Of a stretch of 64,000 nt of DNA, positions 13,801 to 26,700 are shown in pieces. A program made the translations under genes and the position numbers. The DNA is taken from contig OZ281495.1 of the NCBI GenBank assembly GCA_965637545.1, positions 3,720,001 through 3,784,000 of the forward strand. The letters run 5' to 3'. The stretch comes from Phallusia mammillata. Lineage: Eukaryota. Position 1 is the first letter of the stretch. Each line of letters begins with the position of its first letter. The notes under the pieces were generated by a model. That model saw only the letters and a list, made by a program, of their open reading frames with translations, made no database searches and had not been told where the DNA came from.

Positions 13801-16800
13801 TTTGTTTACACGGATTGACTTGCCACTGATGTCGGCAAATAACACAGGCTTATAAGTTCACAACCCACAAAGGTACGTAACATTGGGCGATTGGAAGGAG
13901 TGGGTAAACGTCAGGCATATCAAATGTATGAACAAGTTATGTATTGACAATACATTTATCGTGAAAGTTACTCGGAATGACGTCACTATTTTTTTGGAAA
14001 TTCACGCTTTAGCGTTATGGTTCAAAAATATGACACAACTAACATTTTTTTAAGTATCAAGTGTTTGTTTCGGTGCAATCGTGGAACAACAGCGACCACT
14101 GATGGATTTTGTGCGCCGCTTCTACTTGACTTGTGATCGACGCCAGCAAATACCACAACATGTATCGTCCTCAGTGTGCAGTACCGGGACAACACCGGGC
14201 GTATTAAACATGTGGAAAAACATTGTCCCTATCTAAACAGCCCATAAGTATTTTTTTTGCTGGAATATCCTCTCTCTCTCTTTGTTATTTTATGACGTCA
14301 CAAGTAATTAAATGTTCGTGGTTAATGTTTCTTGTTGTGACTTTACCAAATCAATTAATATTTTCTATAAGGCAGCAAGCAGCCTTAACAACGACAACCG
14401 GGCCAGTGTTTATTCTGGTGCAGATCTGACTCCGGGGCAACAAGGAATTTTCGTCAACACGACAATCAACTCAGTAGTCGATGTCATTGGCGAAGGGAAA
14501 ATTATGAGCTAGGCTGCTAACATCTTGAAAAGGTTTGATTGCCGATGACCAGAGTGGATATGCTGTTGCGATAAAAATCAGTGATTTGCAATATTCGATT
14601 GGGTTAAAAAAGTCATCATCCCTGTTTACAGTTTTGTATTTCATTTTTTAATTTCGACTAATGCAAAAGTACAAATTGAAAGCAATATTCACTTAACACT
14701 TCAAATGACGAAACTGCATTTGCCATATTGTTTTTTAGATTCTATGCTTCATGTTTTGTGTATATGGGAAGTTTTGTGTTTACCATGACCTAAGTTGAAC
14801 ATACACAATTAGTTATTGTGACATTATTTTGTGTCACTGATGTTTAGCGATGACCTATTTTGTCTAACTCTTGTTTATTTATTACATTTTGGTACGTAAT
14901 AGTCTGTGAGGGGACTCATTCTAAACCTGATTATTTGTGTCTTTTTTAACTTTTTAGTTTCAATTTTTATTTTCAGTATGTGTGTGGAATTACTATAATG
15001 CTTTTTTGATGGAGCTTCAAATGTTTACTTAACAACTTAATTTGTGATTTCATTTACCTTACAGTCCTACCTTCCTATACAACTAGTTGCAGGAATCGCT
15101 GAAGTGGAACGGCAGTTGATAAATGTGACGAAGGACAATTTCGCAGCAAACAACCAACGGGAAATCCCCGACTTAGACTAAATCGTAAATCAATAGCGCC
15201 CACTGGCGGATTTGTTATCACACATCGACTTGCCACTGAAGCCGACAATTCACCACCCATGAAAGTACGTCACAGTGGTAAATTCGAAAAAGTGGTAAGC
15301 GTCGGACGCATTAAAGGCGTGTATTTTACGATTACAATAAAACTTGTCGGTTTTACGCCACTAATTGAACCTGATCACCCAGGGGTTTCCAACTCGTACA
15401 CACTGCTGTGCCAATTTCTGTGTCCCACTCTGTACAAACCTTCGTTGTAAATAGTGGTCCCAAGCATTTCCGATTAAATGTATAAAATAAAGCTTGAGAT
15501 AAATGTTGAAACATAAATTACTCCATGCAAAGTAATGCCGCAACCACATGCAGGGTTGCATTCAACTAGTTTCGCAGAATTACCACCATTTGTTACAACG
15601 CAAAGAAAATTAACAAATCATGGTTGTCCTCAAACATTTGCCTTTCGTTACCTGTAACTGAATAAAGAAGCCATTGGCCCACGTGCATCATTACCAAATT
15701 AGTACGGCCCGCTCTGAAAATGTTTAATGACCTCTTCATACTAATGCTTCTCACAAAATGTAGGTCAGAATTCATTGTCGATTGTCGCAATTGTGACGAT
15801 TATTAGACCTAACATTGACTTGTGTTTTATTTTCAAATACGTCGCATGTCACCTGTTGGACACCCTGTGATAATATATTGTCTCGTACGACAAGTCTGAA
15901 CTGTCGTAAGATCTCACGTCATAAACGTTCATTGTAAAAGTTCCTTGGAATGACGTCACTAAATAAAAAAAATCTTTCCTTTAGGCAACTTACCGCGCAT
16001 TACTCCACCAAGCGGCAAGTTGTTCCCGGTTAGAACGTGCAACCAATTTTTTTTTGAAAAATTGACCATCGCATCATGGTTTATAGATATGACGTTACGA
16101 AGCACATTTTTCTCGTTAGAATCAAGCGGCACAAAATATCCGACTGGGACGACGGACTGCTTACAACGACAACCGGGGCCAGTGTTTATTCCAATGCAAA
16201 TCTGACTCCTGGACCACAAGGAATTTTCGTCAACATGACAATCAACTCAGTGGTCGCTGACATTCCGTCTCACGCTGTGAGTGAGTTTGGCACGACTGCT
16301 TCATCCAGCGTGTCCATCTTCACAGAGACGGAATCGCCTTCCAAAAATGCGTCACTTAGTTTACCCGTTTGCCTGGATGATCAATTCAACTTTTCGTTTA
16401 TATGTTTTTAACATGACAAAGCATTTACATTTAGTCACACTTTTCCGTGTTATGGGAGTTTATTTTCCTAAAACATTTCTCAGGCAGAAACTCATGCCTA
16501 AAGTCAATGCGGGATATGCGCTGTAAATGTGACGTGGACGAAAATTTAATCCGACAAGAGATGGGAATTCGAAGTGTCCAAAGCATTTGCTTTAAGTGGT
16601 GAGATTTCTCTTGGATGTTGTGGTGGGAACTATGTCCTTGTGTTGTCTATCGCGGGTTTGCGATGCTTGTTTGAAAGAATCATATTTATATTAACTACGG
16701 GACACACCTTAGTTCTCTGCCTAAAAATACTCATGCCTAAACAAATTGTTCCGGTAGGTGGTGCACCAGAGCCACAATGTGTGATGTCGTGCACTGCATG
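10810..16800 (+). repeat. About 6.2-kb tandem duplication, copy 2
   Basis: Collinear with 4650-10800. Very similar to about 15.6 kb, then more diverged but still alignable (e.g. taggtggtgcaccagag at about 10665 and 16755). Confidence 0.9.
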
Positions 16801-16929
16801 ACGCTTTCGGCAGGAAGAAAATGCCTATGTTGTCACGCTTGCTTGGGACAGCCACTAGCGATTTGGTTTGCAAACGCCCGCTAGATGTCAGGGCGGGTTG
16901 TTTGTCAAACGTTATATTGGAACTTTTTC

Positions 16930-17032
16930 GGCAGGAACTTGGCCGAATGGTCCAGCGCGCCTGACCGATATGCAGACATAAAAAAACCTGATCGGGATTC
17001 GTCCCCGGGAGAGTCCTGGGTTCGAACCCCGT
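16930..17032 (+). mobile_element. tRNA-derived element (SINE head or tRNA pseudogene, Leu/Ser-like with long variable arm)
   Basis: A-box tggccgaatgg, B-box ggttcgaaccc, variable-arm-like hairpin gggattcgtccc and A-rich tail. Related copy at 56801-56896. Confidence 0.65.
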
Positions 17033-17883
17033 TAAAAAAAAATTTTGGACTTTTTTGCACTTATACGTGACGCACCTCTTTGCATTGGCACAAACTGCAA
17101 AACTTCATGGCGTTCGCTGCTCAATAATCTGCTCATGTACAAGTGTTACATTGTGGCTGAACTCACCTGAATTAGATCCTTGCAATTTCACGATGTTGTA
17201 ACACATCATGTTGGACTTTCTCTCATCAAATTTTAAATACATTATGACGTACGAAGAGAAAAAACATATACTGGTGCAAGATATTTTCTGGTCCCACATT
17301 AAAACAATAGTCATAATTAGATTTGTGTTTATTTGTATCCAAATAGAGAACGAAAATGTGATACTTGGGAATTACAACAACACTTTTCAGCTTCATAGAA
17401 ACAGTAAACATTAAAAAATATGCTCGAAATCCTAATTGTTTATTCTATTTACGCCCTTAACATAATTAAAAAACTGCAATAAAAAACAAAAACACACTAA
17501 ATCAGAGTGAAACCAAAAGTAAGTTATATGTCTAAACGTAATGGCGTACAATGACACAACAATGGGAAAATACGGTGTAACAATCAGAATCGTTGAATCC
17601 TACCTGAAGGGGCCATAAACCTCCTTTCATGAAACTTTACATTCATTTCTAGTTACCACTACTGTGGAATCAATGCATCATATTTACACTCTGTGTAACA
17701 CGTTTTGTGGCCCGAGTAAAACACATAATTTCCGATTGGTTCGCGGGCCGCCAAAAACGCTTGAAGGTGATGGGCTTTATTTTGTCACCATAAGCTACAG
17801 GCCTACTCTTACAAGAAAAAAATGCAATCACAAGTATATACATTTGATGTTAGTGAAATATTCTGGTGTGAAGACTTTCTCTT

Positions 17884-19960
17884 CTATAAATTCACCGAAC
17901 CGCCTCTCGCATCGATGTTTGTTACTTGATTCGGTCCAGTTGGAGCTGAAAAAATTGAAGTTGTCTTAATTACACACATGTATTGCAAGTTACAAATTCA
18001 GATAGAAAAACGAAAGTTTGTCAGATGTAAACACTATTATAAAAAAATGAATACATGAGTATTTTTTGTCATAAAAACTAAACTGGTTACCCAAGACACA
18101 AGTAAAGTCAGCTAAAACTCCGCAAGTTTTCAACCAAGAAATTTCGACGTTTAATGTGTTTTACCCAAACCTATGCATTCCAATAACCTACAGCACTTTA
18201 ATGACAACAGGCTACGCGAGTTCCTCACATACATAGATGCAATATCACTAATAGTATGATATTACTTTTTTTAAATTGGGCCATTTTTTCGTAATGGTGA
18301 CTTTTGATCGAACAAAGTGACAGCGATTAAAACATGACAAGCATTATCCGTTACTCACTTAAATGACGTTTCTGCAAGAAAACAGACTTGACGATGTCTT
18401 GTTGATTTGGATTATTGAAGCTGATCTCCAGTTTAATCTCCTTAATTCCATGTTTCCAGTTTTCGTTGTCCGGCCTTGTCAGGCGAAACTGCCAGGAATC
18501 TCTGATATTGACCAGTGTAGCAAAATGTTCAGCAGGATTTGCTACCGCGTTTCCTGCACTAACTTGGATTTGGACATCTTGTCTTTGGTTTCTGCATTGA
18601 AAGAATTTAAAACATAATTACTTACATCTTGATTTGATTTTCCGTTTAATCATACTGAACTTAAATTCAATACAAACTGAAGCTTAAATAGATTTAAAAA
18701 GGAACTGGGGATGCCATTTTTGCGGCAAAATAAATGATGCAAGTTGCATTGCCCAGCTTAAAACACATACTGATTTAAATTTGCAGAATACATGAGTTTT
18801 GTACGATTATTTGTAACTAGAATCTTGTGCATTGAGCACACAAATTATTTTAAATTCGAATCCAAATTATTTTAAATTTTGTTGCTAATAATTTTAAATT
18901 TTAATCTAAATTGTTTTAAATTTGCTGAAAAACCAGAATAGTAAGGTATTAACCTCAGCAAAATAATCATGTCGAAAACCAAGTTAAGGGGCTTCACATC
19001 TTTAGCTGTCTCAATGTTGTCACAAATAAACACATGTGTCACAATTTCGGATACGATGTCTTCCTCGCAAGGAGAAACTGCCAAGATTATTGCCGTCTCC
19101 TTCATCAGACCAAAAAACTTTTCAACAGTTCAGATCACATCATAGCTATACAAAATATGTTTCAATTAGTAATATAGACATCGATGTATTAAACTGAACA
19201 GTGTGCAATGCCATACATGCTAAAGTGGTCAATTCGGAAGATGAATGATCGCGTTGTTTGATCCATTGAGCGTTGTGACAGAACCTTCCAGTGGGAACCG
19301 TTTGTTTTGCGGCGAATCTTTATCAAAAAAAAAGAAAAAAAAACTTAAATGAAATGTTTACGAATTGAATTATGGGGAATTTCGTGAAAAGGGCCAATGC
19401 CTTATCGTAAGTCGTAACGCCATCACCCTTTCCTCACAAAAGCAGTTTACATACTTTGACAGACACAGGAGATGCTTCGACATTCCAGTAGCATGTAGGA
19501 AGTGTGATTTCTATAGGTTTTCTAAACTTGAAACCTTCTGGTTCACATTCCAACATCGGAGTGAGTCGAACGACGGAAGAATCGAGTAGTTTTGCTGTAT
19601 AAATCTTTATGAAGAAAAACCATTTGATATCAATTTATTTGCTTGCTTTCCGTTTCGTCAAGGTTTGCAATAAAGTAGTTCAGCATAAATCAATATTGCA
19701 TGGTTAAAATAAAATTTCAAATCCACTTTTGACCCAAAGGGGGAAACAACATCTTTCTGGAAAAGGAAACGTAGCTCGACATAGTTAATTATTAAATTTC
19801 AAATTGAAACCTTTGAAGTTCTGTGTTCATAAAGTGATGAGATTACAATGTTAACTTCCTCATCACAGGCACCTTCTGGAATTTCAATTTTGCAACGACC
19901 GGCTCTGAGAGTTCCTCCTGCTTTACCGATGTTTCGTGAATCAGTGTGAAAAAAATACCT
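17884..19960 (-). pseudogene. ZU5-UPA domain gene (UNC5/PIDD-like module), 6 predicted exons, one in-frame stop
   Basis: Predicted exons 19960-19811, 19604-19455, 19317-19217, 19145-18954, 18591-18359 and 17945-17884 all have GT-AG boundaries and compatible phases. Translation gives ZU5 motifs (IGKAGGTLRAGRCKIEIPEGA; LTPMLECEPEGFKFRKPIEITLP; W...FRIDHFS) then a UPA-like IILAVSP...VTHVFICDNIETAKDV. TGA at 19132-19130 corresponds to TGC in the paralog. Confidence 0.8.
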
Positions 19961-20435
19961 CTGTTGGCAACAGGGTAGGAATAAGGTTTAACCAGTGTGC
20001 AAAAAGTATTAGCATCAAAAAACGACTTGCAGAGCTTCCGTTTAAAACCTAGTTATTGAGATACACTATGCTCGTCCCCGAATTACTGTGCAATCAACAG
20101 TGCAGAAAATTTTGATTGCAGGCACCAAGCTTAGTGTCTCCTGTTTTCGCAGTGTTGCTCCTAATATTATCCTTCGTTATATTTTGTTCGGACAAGACAC
20201 ACTTTGTAAATGCGTCTAAGTTCTCTTTTTAAGTATAAGTTAACGTCAGATTTCATTTGTCTTACATGTTGCTGCTTTAGTCTTACAAAGGTTTGTAAAC
20301 ATTTTGATTAAGCAACACAATAACTTTTGTATTTTTACGTTTGTTGCTGGTGTCATACTGTATGTACTGACTGTAAAAGTTTTTTTTTACATTTATACTT
20401 TCATTTTGTTACTTCCCAATCAATAGTAAAAATAG

Positions 20436-21277
20436 TTAAGTCTTGTTATATAGATGAAAGCAATATTTAATGTTTTGGGGTAAGCGTTTTGCTACACACA
20501 CCTTTGCCTCCATTACTTCATAATGGCGTTCATTAAGCCTTGCTTTATTATTTTGCAAATTCCTCTTACTACTTGCAATATATTCTCCTCGTTTTTCTTC
20601 AGTTAAATCCTCCGCGGTTTTGTAGACTTCGATTGCTTTTGAGTAAAATTCGATTGCTTCTTTGATTCCTAAAGTTTGAACGTAAACGTAACCAAGATTG
20701 TTCAACAAGGCACCGTAGACTTGATACTTTGAACTTTCATTTCCGAACTTTGTTTCCATAAGATCAAGTCCAAGTTTTATTGTTATCTCTCTTGATGCCA
20801 AATCCCCGATATAGCCTTGACTCATTTCAATGTAACACAAACACCAAACTTCTAATTCCCACCGAATTTCTTGCTCTATTGGAAGGTTGCGGAATTGCTG
20901 AGTGATGTCACGCATCAGTGGAATGACATAATCGCGTACGATTTGTCTGTTTCTCGAATTTGAATATGAATCAGAATTTTCCATCAAAAGTTTGATTGTT
21001 TCTCGAATTTTCCATGCACACTCCGCTGCACTTTTCGCTACAGCGAAGTCGGACACTTTTTTCACATAGAAATCTGCCGCAATGTTAAACATTAAAATTG
21101 CTTCCAGATATTCGCCGTCGTTTTGAAGTTTCGTGGCTTTTTCTTTCAGGTTTTCTGCAGTGAACCCTGGCCGACCATCGATTAATCTTGAAAGTTTTTG
21201 TTTCCTCGTTTTTGCGAGATCATACATTATGAATTTCACAGCAAGAACATAACTACCGAAGAGTCGATTAAAGTCGT
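20436..21277 (-). CDS. TPR-like helical-repeat domain exon (about 280 codons)
   Basis: Long ORF with the TPR motif GALLNNLGYVYVQTLGIKEAIEFYSKAIEVY. A phase-1 acceptor ttttgcag|AC GAC TTT at 21277 extends the frame upstream of the ORF call. Aligns end to end with 54781-55541. Confidence 0.88.
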
Positions 21278-22797
21278 CTGCAAAAATGTTGTTTATTTTC
21301 GTTGAAAATTGATAGGAAAAAAGGTAGTTTAAAAACCTTCATTTGCAGCTAGTGATTGAGCGCAAAAAAAAATTGACGAAGAAGTTAATGTGATGCATTG
21401 TGACATAGTAACAATCTTGTGGGCCATGATTGCCATACTTTCATGTTTTGTTGTAACTTTGCGTTTGTTTGTTTTTTCCTTATTAGCCTGTTCATCTGTA
21501 TCTTTGCATTTTGTATTTCGTGTGCAATTACTTTTTTGTGTTAGTTGGATTAGAAGCATATGTACTTGTGATAAATTTATCTCTGTTTTTTGAAGTTGTC
21601 GAGTTTTGAGTAACTTACGGTTTCTATCATTCTTTAAAACCTTGCGCACAACACTTTGCTATGGTAAAACTTTCTGTTAAAAAGTATTGCTCCGAAATAA
21701 AAAATATTCGAAAAGCCGAAATGAAACGAAATACCGTCATTTTTTTGATATTCTGGACATTTAAAAACAAATCAGTTGGCTAAAATTTCGGATCGTCGCG
21801 CTATGGTTACAAGAAAAAGCTCCAAAGTTGTGTTGTTTTTTGTTGTGTTTTTTTATAGAAAAAGGCTGTGTGCCGTTATAACCACAAGACTGTGTAATCG
21901 TTTTGTTTAAAACTTCATTTTTTGTTCTGTTTAGAGTTATTAACACCATTGTATTATTTTTTTCAGACCAAATACAGAAAATTATTATCATAAATTAATT
22001 TTGGTCTGAACGGAACGAAATAAAAATATCGGCACCGGAACGAAACAATTTAATTACCTAGAGCAGTGGTTCTCAACCGGAGGTCCGCGACAACTTCTTA
22101 ATTCACGCACAATAAGATTGATCAATCGCGGTTAAAAAAGCGGCTTCGGCGTTTTAAAATAACATGAAACTTGTTTAAAATAACTCTTCCCAGGCGACAG
22201 ACAAACATGCATTGTGACATTTAAACCACATTGTGATGCAACAGACGTAAATAGTCAGTGGCAAACCAGGTCACATCACAATGCAATGGGTTTTTCTTGT
22301 TGATTCACGATGCCCAATATAGCAGACTTTTTTCTGAGTCTCATTAGTTCAACAGCAAGTGGCTCAAAATTACTTAGACCAGACCAAAAAAATACGAAAC
22401 ATGTTTTGTCGAGCTGGCAATACTTATAACTTGATGAACTGCTATTGTTGTCAACTAAGTTACAAAAGATCATTGGTTAGATCGCCGAAAGTCGAATCAC
22501 TTGCGCCGTTTTCTGCCTCTATGGTTCATATCAGTTTTGTTGCTTGAAAAATCAGCTTTGTAGCTTGATTTGGGAGCTTTTAATCCCACCGCAGGCTTTA
22601 TATTTTTCTAGCCTATAGGCCTTGCACTAGGTGGCAACATAAATGACAGGGAGGTTATACGCCATACGCCAGAGTGAACAAACAAAAAACACTGCGTCAT
22701 CTAGAACAGTGGTTTAACTTTGAACCCTTAATATACAAATTAGTCAAAATTCTGAAACAAAATTTTCTGTCAAGGCATTATCTGTTATTTTACTTAC

Positions 22798-23775
22798 CAT
22801 AGGTTCGCGGGTTTATTCCAAATCCAAAAAAGCGTTTAAGCTTTTGCATAAAACTAGGCTCTTCGTGCAAACTTGAGGTCTCACCTTTATAACGAGGACA
22901 TTTATTTTTTGCTACGTGTTTATTTTGTGATTGGTTTACCCGGTGACGTGATGAAACAGGGAATTTCCTCTTCATGCTCAGTGGATTCTTGGATACTGGT
23001 GCTTGCTTGACTGATGGAATCTAAGGACATGGACAGAACAGAAAGTAAAATATGTAAATGGTAATGCGACATTACTACACTACTACGCCATAAATATCCA
23101 AAGTTAAAACTTCAATTCATTTATTTTGTATACATTTTTATGCTTGTCACGTTCATTTTTCTTTTTTTGCCTTTCTTGTTGTCCGTGTAGGTCTTATGTA
23201 ATTTTCTGTTACAGGCTTTGTGGACAAGCTTGCTAATGTGGGGAATTTGGGTTATAAGAAAGGATTTACTTTTTATTGTCACTTGCTGAAAGAAAGTTCA
23301 AGTTCAACGATGTATATACTGGTACTTAATGTAGATGCCACTAAAAAGATTCAAACCTGCGTGAACATTCTAGATCACATCATGATTTTGCTTTCCTCTG
23401 TATATTCAGTAAAAAAGTAATTTGCAACTCCTCTAGTTACGAAGTAAAATTGTTTAACATTTTATCTCATTTCAGCTCGTCAACGTATGCTGGTAAAACG
23501 GAAGTTTTAGTAGCGATAGGAGTCTGCAAGATTTACAAGTCGACTACATCCGAAGTAAGATGTATACGACAATTTGCTTCAAATGGCGAGGGTGTTTCCA
23601 GCGCGTATGACAAAATAACTAAGTTCAAAAAATTGAAAACCCACAATATACTGACAACAAACTTATTTGCCACGTGTTTGTTTGTAATTGGCTTACCTGC
23701 AGGTTGCTCTAGTGATGTCCCGCTGGATTGAGCGTTTTCCTGACGTGACGCGGTGCCGGTGTTTATGGGCAGCAT
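22798..23775 (-). CDS. Ser/Thr/Gln-rich linker exons upstream of the TPR exon
   Basis: Exons 23775-23697 (MLPINTG...EQPA, donor gtaagc), 23020-22940 (81 nt, DSISQASTSIQES...) and 22884-22798 (87 nt, donor gtaagt). All end in phase 1 and are stop-free. The 81-nt exon resembles kinase-2 linker exon 56419-56243. Confidence 0.6.
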
Positions 23776-26700
23776 GGTTCATGTGATTTGAAGAAAGTAA
23801 ACATTTAGTCAAAGAACTTACTTTTGAAATAAAACATCTATTTTACTATTCAACAAACATTTACAGGTCACAAGTTCAATCGAGTAAATGTATCTTATAC
23901 CAGAATGTTGCGATTAGCTTCTGGTGAAATTTTTCCTTTTGGAAACTTTTGTGTACACTTGCAGCTTTGTTAATCGTTCCTCGGTGCCACCTTTAGTTAA
24001 AGTCACTATAATACCCACAATAATTTGCAAACAACGGACTCTAGTTTGATTAATAATCTTAAAAACTTGCTGTGTAACACGTTTTGTCCTAACGCACATT
24101 AGGTCTTAAAAGCTTCTCTTTAAATTTAGCCATGTTGCTTGAGGATCAACACCAGGGAGCAAACCGCTTATCATATGGGTTAAGAACAGTTATTGTAGAC
24201 CGTGCACAGTGTTTTAAGAATCAAGTGTCATATCGCGTACTCCTTAGTGCGCTGTTTTGAAAAAAATGCAAGATATAATACAGGCTGCATTTTTAACGTT
24301 TCGGTTCCGGTTCGGGTCCAACGCCAAACAAAATTTTGGGTTCAACTCCGGGTCTGGTTTTTAGGAAATCGTAATTAGCGCATCAGGTTCGGTTGAGGTC
24401 TAATGAAATTACCGCTCAAACCGGTTCGCGGCTTCGGGGTCGGTTCCGGTTGGACTCTTTGGTCAACACTCCCCGCTCATGCAGACCAGCGCTCTACAAC
24501 CGGTATAAAGTTAAACGGTCCGAGGTCTGCTAAGATTCTCAAAAAATGTACCAGTTTTGAGCCGACGAATTTAAACAGATAAAAGTCAGCCTAGACACAA
24601 AAGTTATAAGAAGACATCTTAGTATTGCAGCACGTAAGCTTTCTCTGACTGTTCAAAGTTTTGAATAAACAAATTCAATGCATTGCGATTTGTAAAACTG
24701 CATCTTAGCCAACAAAGGAAACTCGATTGAGCAAATACAGCAAAGAAACCATTGAGCTGTTACAACTTTACGCTACACTAATCATACAAATCGGCCCGCA
24801 GGTCAAATTCTTGTTGGAGTTACCTGAGACGGTCACGTGCAAAGTGACGTCATCAGTTGATTTTTGACGGCTGAGCAGCAAACGTCACGCTCTTAGCACA
24901 CAGGAACTAACTTAGACCGCAAGACACGGGAAACACTTTGTCTAACTAGAAACGCGTTTTTTCTATATATTGCTAACTGATATGGTTTATTTCCTATTTC
25001 ATCGATTTACCTCATACATCAAATGCTATACTCATATCCGATATATATCATATGTTTCGTAAATTCATTAAGACTCTTATCTTTATTCGGCACTGACAAT
25101 TTATAAAACCAGGTTCTAAGGAAACTAAACGATCGAAACAAAACTTAATAAGCAACATCGAGAATAAGTATATTCAGTTTATTTTTTTAAAGAAAAATTA
25201 TCATTAACATACAGAGGTTATTTGCTAACCATGTGTCCCGTTGCCTATTGATTTTGTCTGAAGTGTCAGTTGGCGCTTAACAAATATTGACTTCTTAGTT
25301 AATGTGCGTAAGATTTCAGATATTAAATACCGCTCCATTTACAGTTAAGCGAACTCCATAGGTTACATCGGCTACGGTGCGATAAGTTACAAAGTTTCCA
25401 CTTTTTTACACACACAATATTCAAATGCACTGATTAAAAAAAAGCGAAAGTTGTTTGTTACACTGGGTTTTGTATCACAAGATTTATATTGATAAGTAGC
25501 ATATAACCAATGTCATGTAGTTAAATAATTGACCTTCCGATCTGCCATTATTGACGACAAAAGTAAAATCAAGGATAATTAATTAAACTCGACAGACAAA
25601 CACTACAATAAACCTTTAGTCATAAACCAACAGAAAATGTTGTGGATATGTGAATTCACAACGCACACTCGTGGATTCTGCTGCTAATTTTACTTGTCAC
25701 CGGTATTTGCACCAAGTGAAGCACACAACTGTGTGTTTAAAATGTTAAAGAAACATACGGCGGTCAATAGTTAGTGACTGGTGTTGAATGGAATATGCCA
25801 GAAAGTAAGCTTAGTATCAAGTATCACTAGGTAAACACTTAAGTCTACCAACCTTGTCGATAGCATCAGACAAATATTGTGAGAGCAAACAGTTTGTGTG
25901 CTCTATGTGTTGTCACGTGATCAGTTGGCAAGGTTAATGATAATTATTTTGTCCGTACAATTTCCTGGTTTTAGTCTTGTTTTGCTCCAGCTAATCTAAA
26001 ACTCCAATGACTAACGTTTTCAAGAAATACGCCTGAAACATTTTTATCAATTAAGTCACATTGATCATCGTACTAGCAATGCTCATCTCAGCAGTATCAT
26101 TAAATTATATTTATCGTTTAGTTTCACTGACGCAATGCCTTTTAAAAGTCAAAACATTTGGGGAATCGCAACCTTTCAAAAGTAGAGCAAATCAAAATAA
26201 TTGTTTACAGGCAATCGATCGTCGATTGTAGGTTTATAAGGGTCAGTTTGCAGCATTGTGTTTGTAGTTACGACCCACCTAAACTTTGTTGAACAAATTA
26301 CTGAAATGATAAAATAAAACCCAGTGAGTTGTTATGCTTGTTGGTGAATTGTTAAATTATAATCCGCTAGACGATGTACCAGAGGTAACAAACATAATTT
26401 TGTGCTGGGAGCATTGGTCGTGGAAAAATGCCGAAGTCGTCATGTTCGCTTGGAACAGTCGCAACTCTGTGGAGCGACTCTATGACATGAATGAAATGCA
26501 ACTTATTTCCAGCAGCAAAAAGTAAAAAAATGGTGTTTTTCGTGCACTCGCCCAGACCGCCACGATATTATTTGTCAACAGAACGTGTAAAGTTGAAGTT
26601 GTGATATCAAAAACATAACCCGCTGAAATAAACGACAAGGTCACGAAAAACGCCCCATCAACAACAAAAACCAGCGAAAACGCATGGAAACTTTATCTTA

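Noticed and set aside
16930-17032. Functional tRNA gene
   Set aside because: No convincing acceptor stem or anticodon loop, and the second copy is degenerate.
18158-18230. Conserved segment between the last two ZU5-UPA exons (also about 62990-63060) as an extra exon
   Set aside because: No acceptor/donor pair keeps the frame in both paralogs, and the flanking exons join directly in phase 1.
22062-22095. Isolated hAT/Charlie-like ends (cagtggttctcaacc; similar at 45345, 47830, 60452)
   Set aside because: No matching opposite end with a TSD was identified, so they are not annotated as elements.
24295-24465. Clustered ggttc/cggttc motifs (similar aacgaaa/ccgaaa clusters at 21.7-22.05 kb)
   Set aside because: Probably subterminal repeats of old DNA transposons, but I could not define TIRs or a TSD.
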